Of a stretch of 64,000 nucleotides of DNA, positions 8,998 to 16,745 are shown in pieces. The position numbers and the translations under genes were made by a program. Each line of letters opens with the position of its first letter. Within the stretch, counting starts at the first letter, position 1. The notes beneath the pieces are model-generated. The model did no database searches. It was not told the DNA's origin and saw only the letters and a program-made list of their open reading frames with translations. The stretch is from an uncultured Eubacteriales bacterium. GTDB taxonomy: Bacteria; Acidobacteriota; Aminicenantia; Aminicenantales; UBA4085. The stretch spans positions 6,720-70,719 of the forward strand of contig CAZIDN010000007.1 of NCBI GenBank assembly GCA_964537875.1. Reading direction: 5' to 3'.

Positions 8998-9409
8998 CCG
9001 ACTTGTTCGCTGGTCCCGGATCAAGTCGCCGTGGATCCTGCATCTCAATTCGGGCGCCTGCAACGCCTGCGATATCGAGATTGTCGCGGCCCTGACCCCC
9101 CGCTTCGATGTCGAGCGGTTCGGCGTTCTTCTCAAAGCGACGCCTCGGCATGCCGATGTCATCATCGGCACGGGGCCGGTGACCCGTCAGATCAAGGACC
9201 GGATCATCCGCATCTACGATCAGACGCCCGACCCGAAATTCGTCATCGCCGTCGGCGCCTGCGCCATGTCGGGATGCGTCTACCGCGGCGCCTATAACAT
9301 CATGGGCGGACTGGACCAGGTCATTCCGGTGAATGTCTATGTCCCCGGCTGCCCAGCTCGTCCCGATGCCATCCTGGACGGCGTGATCAAGCTCCTGGGC
9401 AAACTCTAG
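8990..9409 (+). CDS. [NiFe]-hydrogenase small subunit, NuoB-like (EchC/MbhJ/HycG family)
   Basis: Four Cys ligands for a proximal [4Fe-4S] cluster are present (GACNAC..., GACAMSGC, VPGCPARPD), with the conserved NuoB fold motifs. Confidence 0.8.
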   Translation: MLNRLVRWSRIKSPWILHLNSGACNACDIEIVAALTPRFDVERFGVLLKATPRHADVIIGTGPVTRQIKDRIIRIYDQTPDPKFVIAVGACAMSGCVYRGAYNIMGGLDQVIPVNVYVPGCPARPDAILDGVIKLLGKL

Positions 9410-9422
9410 ATTTGAGGAGTCT

Positions 9423-9896
9423 ATGAACGACCTAGAGATTATCGAAAAAACGAAAAGCCTCCTCGGCGATAAGATCCTCGAGATTGCCAATCCGGCCGTG
9501 AGGCGCATTTTCATAAAAGTCGAACCCCAGAATCTGGTGCCCGTCGTCGGCGGCCTCAAGAAGAACCTCAACATCACCTATCTGGCGACCGTAAGCGGCG
9601 TGGATTTGGGAGAGTACTTTGAGATTCTCTATCATTTCGGCCACAACAACGGCAGCCTGACCGTCCGGACCCAGATCCCCAAGGCCAATCCCCACATCGA
9701 AAGCATCTGCTCCGTCATCCCCGGAGCGATCCTCTATGAACGGGAACTCCAGGATATGTTCGGCATCGTCGTAGACCATCTCCCCGACCCGAGACCGCTG
9801 GTCCTCCCGGATGGATGGCCGGCCGGCAACTTCCCCCTCCGGAAGGAGTGGAAATTCGAGCGTCCCGAAGAGATCATCCCCGGAGGCAAGAAATGA
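9423..9896 (+). CDS. NuoC-like (30 kDa) subunit of group 4 hydrogenase (EchD/MbhK-like)
   Basis: Size and position between the NuoB- and NuoD-like genes fit. The family fit of ERELQDMFGI is weak. Confidence 0.6.
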   Translation: MNDLEIIEKTKSLLGDKILEIANPAVRRIFIKVEPQNLVPVVGGLKKNLNITYLATVSGVDLGEYFEILYHFGHNNGSLTVRTQIPKANPHIESICSVIPGAILYERELQDMFGIVVDHLPDPRPLVLPDGWPAGNFPLRKEWKFERPEEIIPGGKK

Positions 9897-11095
9897 AGTT
9901 CACTATTCCCATCGGCCCCCAGCACCCCGCTCTAAAAGAGCCGATCAGCCTGCGGATGACCGTCGAAGGGGAAGTCATCCAGGACGCCGACATCCGCCTC
10001 GGCTATAACCACCGCGGCTTGGAGAAGCTGGCCGAAGAAAGGACATGGATTCAGAATATCTACCTGACCGAGCGCATTTGCGGCATCTGTTCCCACTCCC
10101 ACGCCACCTGCTATGTCCAGGGCGTGGAGAAGCTCATGGAGCTCAATCCTCCCAAGCGCGGCTTGTATATCCGGACGCTCGTCGCGGAGCTCGAGCGCAT
10201 TCACAGCCATCTGCTCTGGTTGGGCGTGGCGGGCCACGAGGCTGGCTTCGACTCGTTCTTCATGTACACCTGGCGGGATCGCGAAGTCGTGATGGACCTC
10301 CTGGAAATGATCTCGGGGAACCGCGTTCACTATGCCATTAATGCTATCGGCGGCGTGCGCCGGGACATCGACGAGATGCAAAGAAAGAAGATCCTGGACG
10401 GATTGGAGATCTTAAAGACGAGAACCGAATACTACTTCAAAATAGGCGTCAATGAGCCGACTTTCGTCGGCCGCCTGGCCGGAGTCGGGTATCTGTCCAA
10501 GGAAAAAGCCGTCGACCTGTGCGCCGTCGGCCCGATGGCCCGGGCTTCCGACCTGCCCCAGGACGTGCGCAAAGACGATCCCTATGCCGTTTACGATGAG
10601 GTCCCCTTTGATGTCTGCACCGCGGACACCTGCGATGTCCTGGGAAGGACTGTGGTCCGGATCAAGGAGCTGTTCGAATCCTACAAAATCTGCGAATTCC
10701 TGATGAAAAACCTCCCTCCCGGAGACATCGCCGTCAAGGCTCCGACGCGGGCCAAGCCGAACGAGGTCGTCAGCCGCTACGAAGCGCCCCGGGGAGAGAA
10801 TACTCATTACATCAAGTCCAACGGAACAAACAAGCCGGAGCGGCTGAAAGTCCGGGCGCCGACCCTGGCCAACTATCCGGCCACGGTGGAAATGCTCAAA
10901 AACGGGTTCATCGCCGATATTCCCCTGATTTTTGCCGCCATCGATCCCTGTATCTGCTGCGCCGAGCGGACCGTGAACATCGTCAACGCCCAAACCGGCG
11001 AAGAAAAAATCCTGCGCTTCGACGAGCTGAGGGCCCTGGCCGAAGAACGATTTAAAAAAATGCCTCCAAAAAGGAATGCGGTGTGGCCGTTCTGA
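9893..11095 (+). CDS. Group 4 [NiFe]-hydrogenase large (catalytic) subunit, NuoD-like
   Basis: The L1 motif RICGICSHSH and the L2 motif DPCICCAER are both present. These are the four Ni-Fe-ligating cysteines, which complex I NuoD has lost. A ~40-aa tail follows the L2 motif, the usual substrate of a HycI-type endopeptidase. The start is the ATG at 9893, overlapping the upstream stop. Confidence 0.85.
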   Translation: MKFTIPIGPQHPALKEPISLRMTVEGEVIQDADIRLGYNHRGLEKLAEERTWIQNIYLTERICGICSHSHATCYVQGVEKLMELNPPKRGLYIRTLVAELERIHSHLLWLGVAGHEAGFDSFFMYTWRDREVVMDLLEMISGNRVHYAINAIGGVRRDIDEMQRKKILDGLEILKTRTEYYFKIGVNEPTFVGRLAGVGYLSKEKAVDLCAVGPMARASDLPQDVRKDDPYAVYDEVPFDVCTADTCDVLGRTVVRIKELFESYKICEFLMKNLPPGDIAVKAPTRAKPNEVVSRYEAPRGENTHYIKSNGTNKPERLKVRAPTLANYPATVEMLKNGFIADIPLIFAAIDPCICCAERTVNIVNAQTGEEKILRFDELRALAEERFKKMPPKRNAVWPF

Positions 11096-12054
11096 AGGAT
11101 CTGCTTTACCTGATCGTCTATCCGGGGATCATTTTTCTCTTCGTCTATTCCACATTCTGCGAATGGTTTGACCGGAAAGTCTATGCCCGCCTGCAGAACC
11201 GAATGGGCCCGACACACACGGGCCGCTGGGGCCTCCTTCAGCCGGTGGCCGATTTTTTCAAGCTCATGGCCAAGGAAGACATCGTCCCCGATAAAGCCGA
11301 CAAGACGCTGTTCAACCTCCTTCCGGTCTTCGGCCTGGCCATCGTAGCCACGGCCGGGCTTCTTCTTCCCCTCTGGCACTATAATCCGGCAAAAGCGGGT
11401 TTCAATTCGTTCCCCGGAGACGTGATCGTTGTTCTCTATCTCTTGAGCCTGCCGACCTTGATCTTCTTCCTGGCCGGCTGGTCGTCGACGAATCTCTTTT
11501 CGACGATCGGCGGCACGCGCGTGCTGACCATGCTCTTCGGCTATGAAGTTCCCCTTTTCATGGCCGTCCTCAGCCCGGCCATCCTGGCCAATTCCTGGCG
11601 GCTCGTCGAGATCGCCGCGTTCTACCAGAAAAAACCGTGGCTCATTCTGCCCAACCTGCTGGGTTTGGTCATCGCCATCATTTGCGTCCAGGCCAAGCTG
11701 GAGCGGACGCCGTTTGATATTCCCCATGCCGAAACGGAGATCGTCGGGGGAACTTTCACGGAATACTCGGGCAAGAAGCTGGCCTTTTTCAGGCTGATGA
11801 CCGACATCGAAATGGTCGTCTCGAGCGGGCTTGTCGCCGCGGTCTTCCTGGGAGGCTTTCCAGGCGGGCTGTGGCTCGGCCTGCTGAATTTTGTCGTCAA
11901 GACGCTCTTTGTGATTTTCTTCCTGTCGCTCATCCGGGCTCTGACGTCGAGGATCAGGGTCGATCAGGTCGTCTCCTTCGCCTGGAAATATCTGGCTCCC
12001 CTGGCCGTCCTCCAGCTTCTCATCGTCATCTTAATCAAGGGATTGCTGTTATGA
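11083..12054 (+). CDS. NuoH-like membrane subunit (HycD/EchB/MbhM family)
   Basis: The motif ...RKVYARLQNRMGPTHTGRWGLLQPVADFFKL... is the NuoH/HycD signature. About 8 TM helices are predicted. It uses a GTG start. Confidence 0.8.
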   Translation: MAVLKDLLYLIVYPGIIFLFVYSTFCEWFDRKVYARLQNRMGPTHTGRWGLLQPVADFFKLMAKEDIVPDKADKTLFNLLPVFGLAIVATAGLLLPLWHYNPAKAGFNSFPGDVIVVLYLLSLPTLIFFLAGWSSTNLFSTIGGTRVLTMLFGYEVPLFMAVLSPAILANSWRLVEIAAFYQKKPWLILPNLLGLVIAIICVQAKLERTPFDIPHAETEIVGGTFTEYSGKKLAFFRLMTDIEMVVSSGLVAAVFLGGFPGGLWLGLLNFVVKTLFVIFFLSLIRALTSRIRVDQVVSFAWKYLAPLAVLQLLIVILIKGLLL

Positions 12055-12494
12055 AATTAGCGGTTTTTCTTCCGGAACTTCTTCGGAGTCTCTTCAAGAA
12101 GCCGAACACGGTGGATTATCCGTTCAAAAAACTTGAAGTTCCGAAGGATTTCCGCGGAACCCCCTTTCTCCATCCGGACCTCTGCATCGCCTGCCGGGCC
12201 TGCGAGCGGGACTGTCCGGCCGAGGCGATCGAGATCACTTCGGTGAGCGACGCCGAGAAGAAATTCAAGATGGTCATCCACAACGACCGCTGCATCCACT
12301 GCGCCCAATGCTTGGACTCCTGCCCCGTCGCGCCCGTGAAGGCCATGGATATGGACCACCTGTTCGAAATCGCCGACTTCGACCGCCATGACCTCAAGAA
12401 GGATTGGGTGTTCGTCAGGGCCGTCCTCAAGAAAGAGCCCAAGCCCGCGCCGCCTAACCCCGAACCCTCCCCGAAAACCGAGCCCGCCCAATAA
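12052..12494 (+). CDS. NuoI-like 2x[4Fe-4S] ferredoxin subunit (HycF/EchF/MbhN family)
   Basis: Two CxxCxxCxxxCP motifs are present (CIACRACERDCP and CIHCAQCLDSCP). The ATG at 12052 is preferred over the upstream-overlapping tracked start. Confidence 0.8.
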
Positions 12495-12630
12495 CAATAC
12501 GGGGACAGGTACTTCCGACCTTTTTTTCCAACTCATTGTTTAACAACGAACGGGAATTCATATCAGGACTCTGAGGTTTTTTGAAATAGTTTATTTATCT
12601 TTGGAAGGAAGGATTTCCATATATGTAATT

Positions 12631-12755
12631 TGGATGAGGTGCCGGAATCGCCCCCAGTCCCCTGGGGAACCAGTCCCGTCGGTTCCCCCCGTCGAATAAC
12701 GACGGGGCCCCCCTCCGCTATGGGGACTTTAGGGGCGATTCCGGCACCTCATCCA
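12631..12755. repeat. Family-B structured repeat, copy B1 (core in reverse orientation relative to B2-B4). The outer 23-bp stem is TGGATGAGGTGCCGGAATCGCCC / GGGCGATTCCGGCACCTCATCCA.
   Basis: The core (reverse complement) is CCCCATAGCGGAGGGGGGCCCCGTCG-ttatt-CGACGGGGGGAACCGACGGGACTGGTTCCCCAGGGG. It lies between the last hydrogenase structural gene and the maturation-protease gene. Confidence 0.85.
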
Positions 12756-12859
12756 AACCAAATAAACGGATATGCTTACTTTTTGGGATGCGTCCTGTTT
12801 TTTTACAACAAGAACGCTTAAAATATAGAAGTGAGTTTAGGCTCACGGTATTCGGTTTT

Positions 12860-13390
12860 ATGAAAAAAGATATGTCCTCTCCTCCTGCCGCCTGGAAAGG
12901 CCGGCTCAAGAAGGAAATCCTTTCCGCCCGAAGGATCGTCATCCTGGCCGCGGGAAATCTCACCAAAGGAGATGATGCCGCGGGCATTCAATGCGCCCAA
13001 AAGCTAAAAAAATTGATGGGCGGGAAAGCCCGCTCATGCTTGAAGATTTTGCTCGGCCATGAAACCCCGGAGAATGCCACAGGCGAGATTCGGAAGTTCC
13101 GGCCTGACCTTGTCCTGATCCTCGATGCCGCCCAGGGGGGACATAATCCCGGAACTGTTTTTATCGTTGAGAAAAACCAGATCGAAGATGAAAGCGTCTC
13201 AACACACACAATTTCGTTGGCGTTGCTTGTCGTTTATCTGGAAGAAACAATCGGCTGCAAAGTGATGGTTCTGGGGATTCAGCCCCTCAGCCTAGGCTTA
13301 GGCGAAAAAGTATCGGCCCGGATAATAAAATCTGCCGGGAGCCTCGCTGCTTTTCTTGCCCACGTTTTCACGGATACGAGCCTTAATTAG
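12860..13390 (+). CDS. Hydrogenase maturation endopeptidase (HycI/HyaD family)
   Basis: The motifs ILAAGNLTKGDDAAG, LVLILDAAQGGHNPG and TVFIVE match the metal-binding Asp/His pattern of hydrogenase C-terminal proteases. The ATG at 12860 (MKKDMS) is chosen because the tracked start at 12788 runs into the repeat. Confidence 0.7.
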   Translation: MKKDMSSPPAAWKGRLKKEILSARRIVILAAGNLTKGDDAAGIQCAQKLKKLMGGKARSCLKILLGHETPENATGEIRKFRPDLVLILDAAQGGHNPGTVFIVEKNQIEDESVSTHTISLALLVVYLEETIGCKVMVLGIQPLSLGLGEKVSARIIKSAGSLAAFLAHVFTDTSLN

Positions 13391-13528
13391 AACATTCCCG
13401 CCATATGTACCGCGCAAACCTTCGGTTTTCAATGGTCTTAGACTATGAATTCGCCCGTAGCAGGATCAACCCCGCTCATATGTTCCGGATCGGCCCGACG
13501 ATGACGCCGGCTGCCGCAGAGCATTGAC

Positions 13529-13613
13529 GGGGTCAAAGCTACTTTTTACGCATTATTCTCTCGGGGGGAAAGTGCGTAAAAAGTAGCTTTGACCCCGGAC
13601 TATTGACCCCGGA
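13529..13613. repeat. Family-A palindromic element, copy A3 (GGGGTCAAAGCTACTTTTTACGC / loop / GCGTAAAAAGTAGCTTTGACCCCGGA), plus a tandem partial repeat CTATTGACCCCGGATTTT
   Basis: Same architecture as A1/A2. The inner stem differs at 3 positions and each change is compensated. Confidence 0.85.
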
Positions 13614-13626
13614 TTTTCCCGGATTT

Positions 13627-13911
13627 TTAAGCCCTGATCTCAGCCCTGGCGTAGGCGTATTCCTTGAAAATCTTATCCCGAGACTCATGCTTTGAGCATT
13701 TCATCAAAAGAAGAAAGAGGTCTTCTTTGAGCCTTCTCCAAGCTTCTTCCTTGGTTTTTCCAACAGACCAAAAATCATAGATCGGGCAGTAGCAGAAATA
13801 GTATTTGGTCTGGTTTTTGATCTGTATGGGGGTTGATGGCGTCGCTGTTGCTGAAGTCTTCATAGTCCACCTCATCCAATCATCTTTGGTCGTCTGTTCC
13901 ATATCTCGCAA
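13627..13911 (-). CDS. UPF0150/HicB-like small protein (possible orphan antitoxin-like RNase-H-fold protein). Start codon uncertain; internal ATGs at 13902 and 13863 are alternatives.
   Basis: The segment IQIKNQTKYYFCYCPIYDFWSVGKTKEEAWRRLKEDL fits the UPF0150/HicB N-domain pattern (Y.a.vPe..G....G.T.EEA..n..eal). It lies in a 42% GC islet. No HicA-like partner ORF of at least 60 aa is present. Confidence 0.35.
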   Translation of the reverse strand: MRDMEQTTKDDWMRWTMKTSATATPSTPIQIKNQTKYYFCYCPIYDFWSVGKTKEEAWRRLKEDLFLLLMKCSKHESRDKIFKEYAYARAEIRA

Positions 13912-14063
13912 CTTTTCTTCCTTCCAGGATCATTTTTTCTTTTCCATATATATATACGAAGGCAAGGCCTGTTTTGTTGCCTCGTCTTTGCTAAAAATGA
14001 AAAAAATATGGTGAAGAGGGATGGAAGAGGGAAAGCCCCGTTTGCCGGTAAAATCCCTAGACG

Positions 14064-14132
14064 GGGTCAAACCTACTCGTTACGCATAATTCTCTTGGGG
14101 AGCGTGCGTAACGAGTAGGTTTGACCCCGGAT
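14064..14132. repeat. Family-A palindromic element, copy A2 (nearly identical to A1)
   Basis: GGGGTCAAACCTACTCGTTACGC-ATAATTCTCTTGGGGAGCGT-GCGTAACGAGTAGGTTTGACCCCGGA. Confidence 0.85.
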
Positions 14133-14217
14133 TTCTTATCAAGGAAAAGATATGGAAGGCCTAAGAATCCCCCTTCCCCCCAAACAAAGGCACAGGAGGA
14201 AAGGGGGATTCAACTCT

Positions 14218-15378
14218 CTAGATGATCTCGAGATAGTCCTTGCCGGGCAGCTTCGGGAAGGGCGCGTGCGGTTCGACCTGGTACCAATAGGCAACCGAGG
14301 CGATATCATCCTGGAGGGGCAGGTATCGCCCGCCGGACCTCCAGCCGAGCGCCTGGATCGTCACCTTGAGGTCTTTCTCGAAACGAACCGGGTCCATGAT
14401 GTGCCACCGATAGAGGCCGAAGCGCTGCTCAACATTGTAATGGCCGTCGCCCCGGATGACTTGGGCCAAGCCTGCGTACGGCGTCGTAAACTCGGTGTAG
14501 CGGATAACCCCATCCGGGCCGGGGGCATCGAAATCGTAAGATCCGCAGAAGTAATCCTCGGTCCCGGTTCCGGCGATCGTCGGAAAATCCGTGTCGCCGT
14601 CGAGGAAGAACTTGATTTCTCCCTCGCCCCACCAGCCGTTGTTGTTGACGCCCCAGGCCATATAGGTGCCGACATAGTGGCCCCAGCCTTTGACGCCGTC
14701 AAGGAGCGTATAGACGTTCTTATACGGCACCGGATTGACGCGCCGGAACTGGGCATGGAAGTAGCCGGCATCCTCGGGCACCTCAGTCAGGGTGTAATTG
14801 ATCTGGTAGTAAATCGTGAAATTTTCCTCGGCCATGTTTTCCAGGGTAACCTTGAAGGACTTGCGGAAAGGCATCTGCCAGTAAGAGTTGAAAGCCCGGC
14901 CCGGGTTGACGCAGACCGGAAGGGACGAGATTTGGGCGTACTTTCCCCAGCCGCAGGCGAAGAAATCGCCGATCGGAGCTTCGATCGAGGGCTCCTTTTC
15001 GCCGTCCCAATAGAATCGCAGGATGGCAAAGCGCCAGGTGCCGGACGGAGTCATCCAGATCTGTTGGATGGCGCCCATGCCCTGAACGTCGGCCAGGACG
15101 AACGTCTCTTTCGGCTTGATCACGACATAGGGTGACACCTTCCAGCCCTGGCCCAGGTCGCGTGCGGACTTCAGGGCCGGCCCGTCCGTCGACATGCCGG
15201 CCTTGCCTTTTTCGCCCGTGAAATTCTCCGGGCTGATCGACCGCGTCTTAGCATGAGACAGCCGGGAGAGGTTCCCCAGGTCAAGATAGAGTCCATCAAA
15301 CGGTTTTTTTTCCTGGGCGGCGTAAAGAACGATCCCCGCCAGCAGAACGACTGCCAATTTAACAACAGCTTTCTTCAT
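14218..15378 (-). CDS. DUF2961 / GH172-family glycoside hydrolase, secreted
   Basis: A signal peptide (MKKAVVKLAVVLLAGIVLYA) follows a perfect AGGAGG Shine-Dalgarno. The WGEGEIKFFLDGD and GTGTEDYF motifs are characteristic of DUF2961. Confidence 0.6.
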   Translation of the reverse strand: MKKAVVKLAVVLLAGIVLYAAQEKKPFDGLYLDLGNLSRLSHAKTRSISPENFTGEKGKAGMSTDGPALKSARDLGQGWKVSPYVVIKPKETFVLADVQGMGAIQQIWMTPSGTWRFAILRFYWDGEKEPSIEAPIGDFFACGWGKYAQISSLPVCVNPGRAFNSYWQMPFRKSFKVTLENMAEENFTIYYQINYTLTEVPEDAGYFHAQFRRVNPVPYKNVYTLLDGVKGWGHYVGTYMAWGVNNNGWWGEGEIKFFLDGDTDFPTIAGTGTEDYFCGSYDFDAPGPDGVIRYTEFTTPYAGLAQVIRGDGHYNVEQRFGLYRWHIMDPVRFEKDLKVTIQALGWRSGGRYLPLQDDIASVAYWYQVEPHAPFPKLPGKDYLEII

Positions 15379-15620
15379 AAAAACCTCCTTCCGAAATCGT
15401 TGATTTGATTTATATTTGCCGCGTCGAAAAAAGTCAAGCTTCTTCCTAGGTATCCAAAGCTGCCGATAATAGGAACGCACCAACCACGGTCTCTGAGCCT
15501 TCCATCAAAGCGCAACGAAGTGCCGACGCCCGACGGTGATTCTATCCGCGCATCTGGCTCAACAGAGGCTCGATAAAATCCGAAAATTATCGGATAATAG
15601 TCGCAAACGCCGGAGGATCC

Positions 15621-16592
15621 ATGGAACGACATCCCAAAAATCCGATATTGACCCGTAAGGATATTCCCGACATCCCTCCCCTGCTGACCGACGCCACATC
15701 GGTCTTCAATCCGGGCGCCGTCAAGTTCGGCGGCAAATATCTTCTCATGCTCCGCGTTCAGAGCCGCTCGCGCGAAACGTTTTTCTTGATGGCCGAGAGC
15801 CAGGATGGCGTGAAATTCACTGTCACCCGTGATCTCGTGGAACTCAAGGGAATCGAGAAGGTCAAAGAAAAAATCTACCATGTCTACGACGCCCGTATCA
15901 CTCAAATCGAAGGGGCTTACTACATCATGTTCGCCATGGATATGGACAGCGGCTGCCAGCTCGGCCTGGCTAAAACAGCCGATTTCCGCAGCTTCGATTT
16001 TCTTGGGATCACATCGACGGACGACGTCCGGAACGGCGTGCTCTTCCCGGAAAAAGTGGGCGGTAAGTATCTCCGGATGGAAAGGCCCAACAAAGCGCGC
16101 CTCGAAGGCGGTCCGACGACCGGCAGCACAATATGGCTGTCCGAATCCGAGGATCTCATCCATTGGAAAGAGCGCGCCCCACTGATTAGCGGCCGATTTC
16201 ATTACTGGGACGAATTTATCGGTTCCGGGCCGCCGCCCGTAAAAACACGAAGCGGCTGGCTTCATATCTACCACGGCGTAGCCACCCATTTCGGAAGCGC
16301 CAACATCTATCAGGCGGGCGTGATGCTGATGGACCTCCATGACCCGGCCAAAGTCATCGGCCGGTGCAGAGGAAATATCCTTGAGCCGCGTGAGTTGTAT
16401 GAGCTTGCCGGCCAGGTCCCCAACGTCGTTTTTCCCAGCGGGATGATCGTTGAGAAATTCGATCAGGCTGGATTCGCGATCCCTGAAAGTCCAGTGAAGG
16501 TTTATTACGGCGCCGCCGACACTACCGTCTGCCTGGCTACAACGACCATTCGGGAACTGCTTGCCGCCGCCCATGAATCGCCGATAATGTGA
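15621..16592 (+). CDS. GH130 family glycoside phosphorylase (beta-mannoside phosphorylase-like)
   Basis: The N-terminal NPILTRKDIP...VFNPGAVKFGGKYLLMLRV and the five-bladed propeller signatures of GH130 are present. Confidence 0.75.
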   Translation: MERHPKNPILTRKDIPDIPPLLTDATSVFNPGAVKFGGKYLLMLRVQSRSRETFFLMAESQDGVKFTVTRDLVELKGIEKVKEKIYHVYDARITQIEGAYYIMFAMDMDSGCQLGLAKTADFRSFDFLGITSTDDVRNGVLFPEKVGGKYLRMERPNKARLEGGPTTGSTIWLSESEDLIHWKERAPLISGRFHYWDEFIGSGPPPVKTRSGWLHIYHGVATHFGSANIYQAGVMLMDLHDPAKVIGRCRGNILEPRELYELAGQVPNVVFPSGMIVEKFDQAGFAIPESPVKVYYGAADTTVCLATTTIRELLAAAHESPIM

Positions 16593-16608
16593 TTGGCGGG
16601 ATCTTGGC

Positions 16609-16687
16609 GGGGTCAAGCCTCAACATTCAACATAATCTCTTTGGACTCACTCTTTATTCTTCTTGTTGAATGTTGAGGTTTGACCCC
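16609..16687. repeat. Family-A element, divergent copy A4. Conserved ends GGGGTCAA/TTGACCCC; unrelated 16-bp inner stem GCCTCAACATTCAACA/TGTTGAATGTTGAGGT; 31-nt loop containing TAATCTCTTTGG.
   Basis: Seen directly in the sequence. It lies immediately 3' of the GH130 gene and 5' of the Fur-family promoter. Confidence 0.7.
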
Positions 16688-16696
16688 GTTTTTCTC

Positions 16697-16745
16697 TTGA
16701 CAAGGACCCATAGTTTGTATAGAATCCAATTTGTAATGATTACAA
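16697..16745 (+). promoter_or_regulatory. Sigma70-type promoter TTGACA(16697-16702)-17nt-TAGAAT(16720-16725), plus the perfect 7-1-7 palindrome TTGTAATGATTACAA (16731-16745) that resembles a PerR/Fur box
   Basis: The palindrome spans the predicted +1 and the ATG (16736) of the Fur-family gene. It matches the PerR-box consensus TTATAATnATTATAA at 13 of 15 positions. Confidence 0.45.

Noticed and set aside
2659-12536. Numerous minus-strand ORFs (such as 2659-3531, 4853-5515, 5588-6277, 6333-7079, 8362-9171, 8963-9577, 10412-10993, 10873-11727, 12057-12536) across the hydrogenase operon
   Set aside because: All are antisense to genes with strong family motifs. They have a low-complexity R/G/D/E-rich composition typical of GC-rich antisense frames. 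None has a Shine-Dalgarno or conserved domain.
12495-12630. Possible tRNA or small structured RNA in ORF-free gaps (12495-12630, 13391-13528, 45000-45327, 53181-53432)
   Set aside because: No cloverleaf-compatible acceptor/T-arm pairing or conserved GTTC/TTCGA T-loop could be found by eye. A tRNAscan-SE/Infernal run would be needed for a definitive negative.
14152-16616. 327-aa plus ORF antisense to GH172 and 413-aa minus ORF antisense to GH130
   Set aside because: They are antisense to well-supported glycosidase genes and have no motifs.
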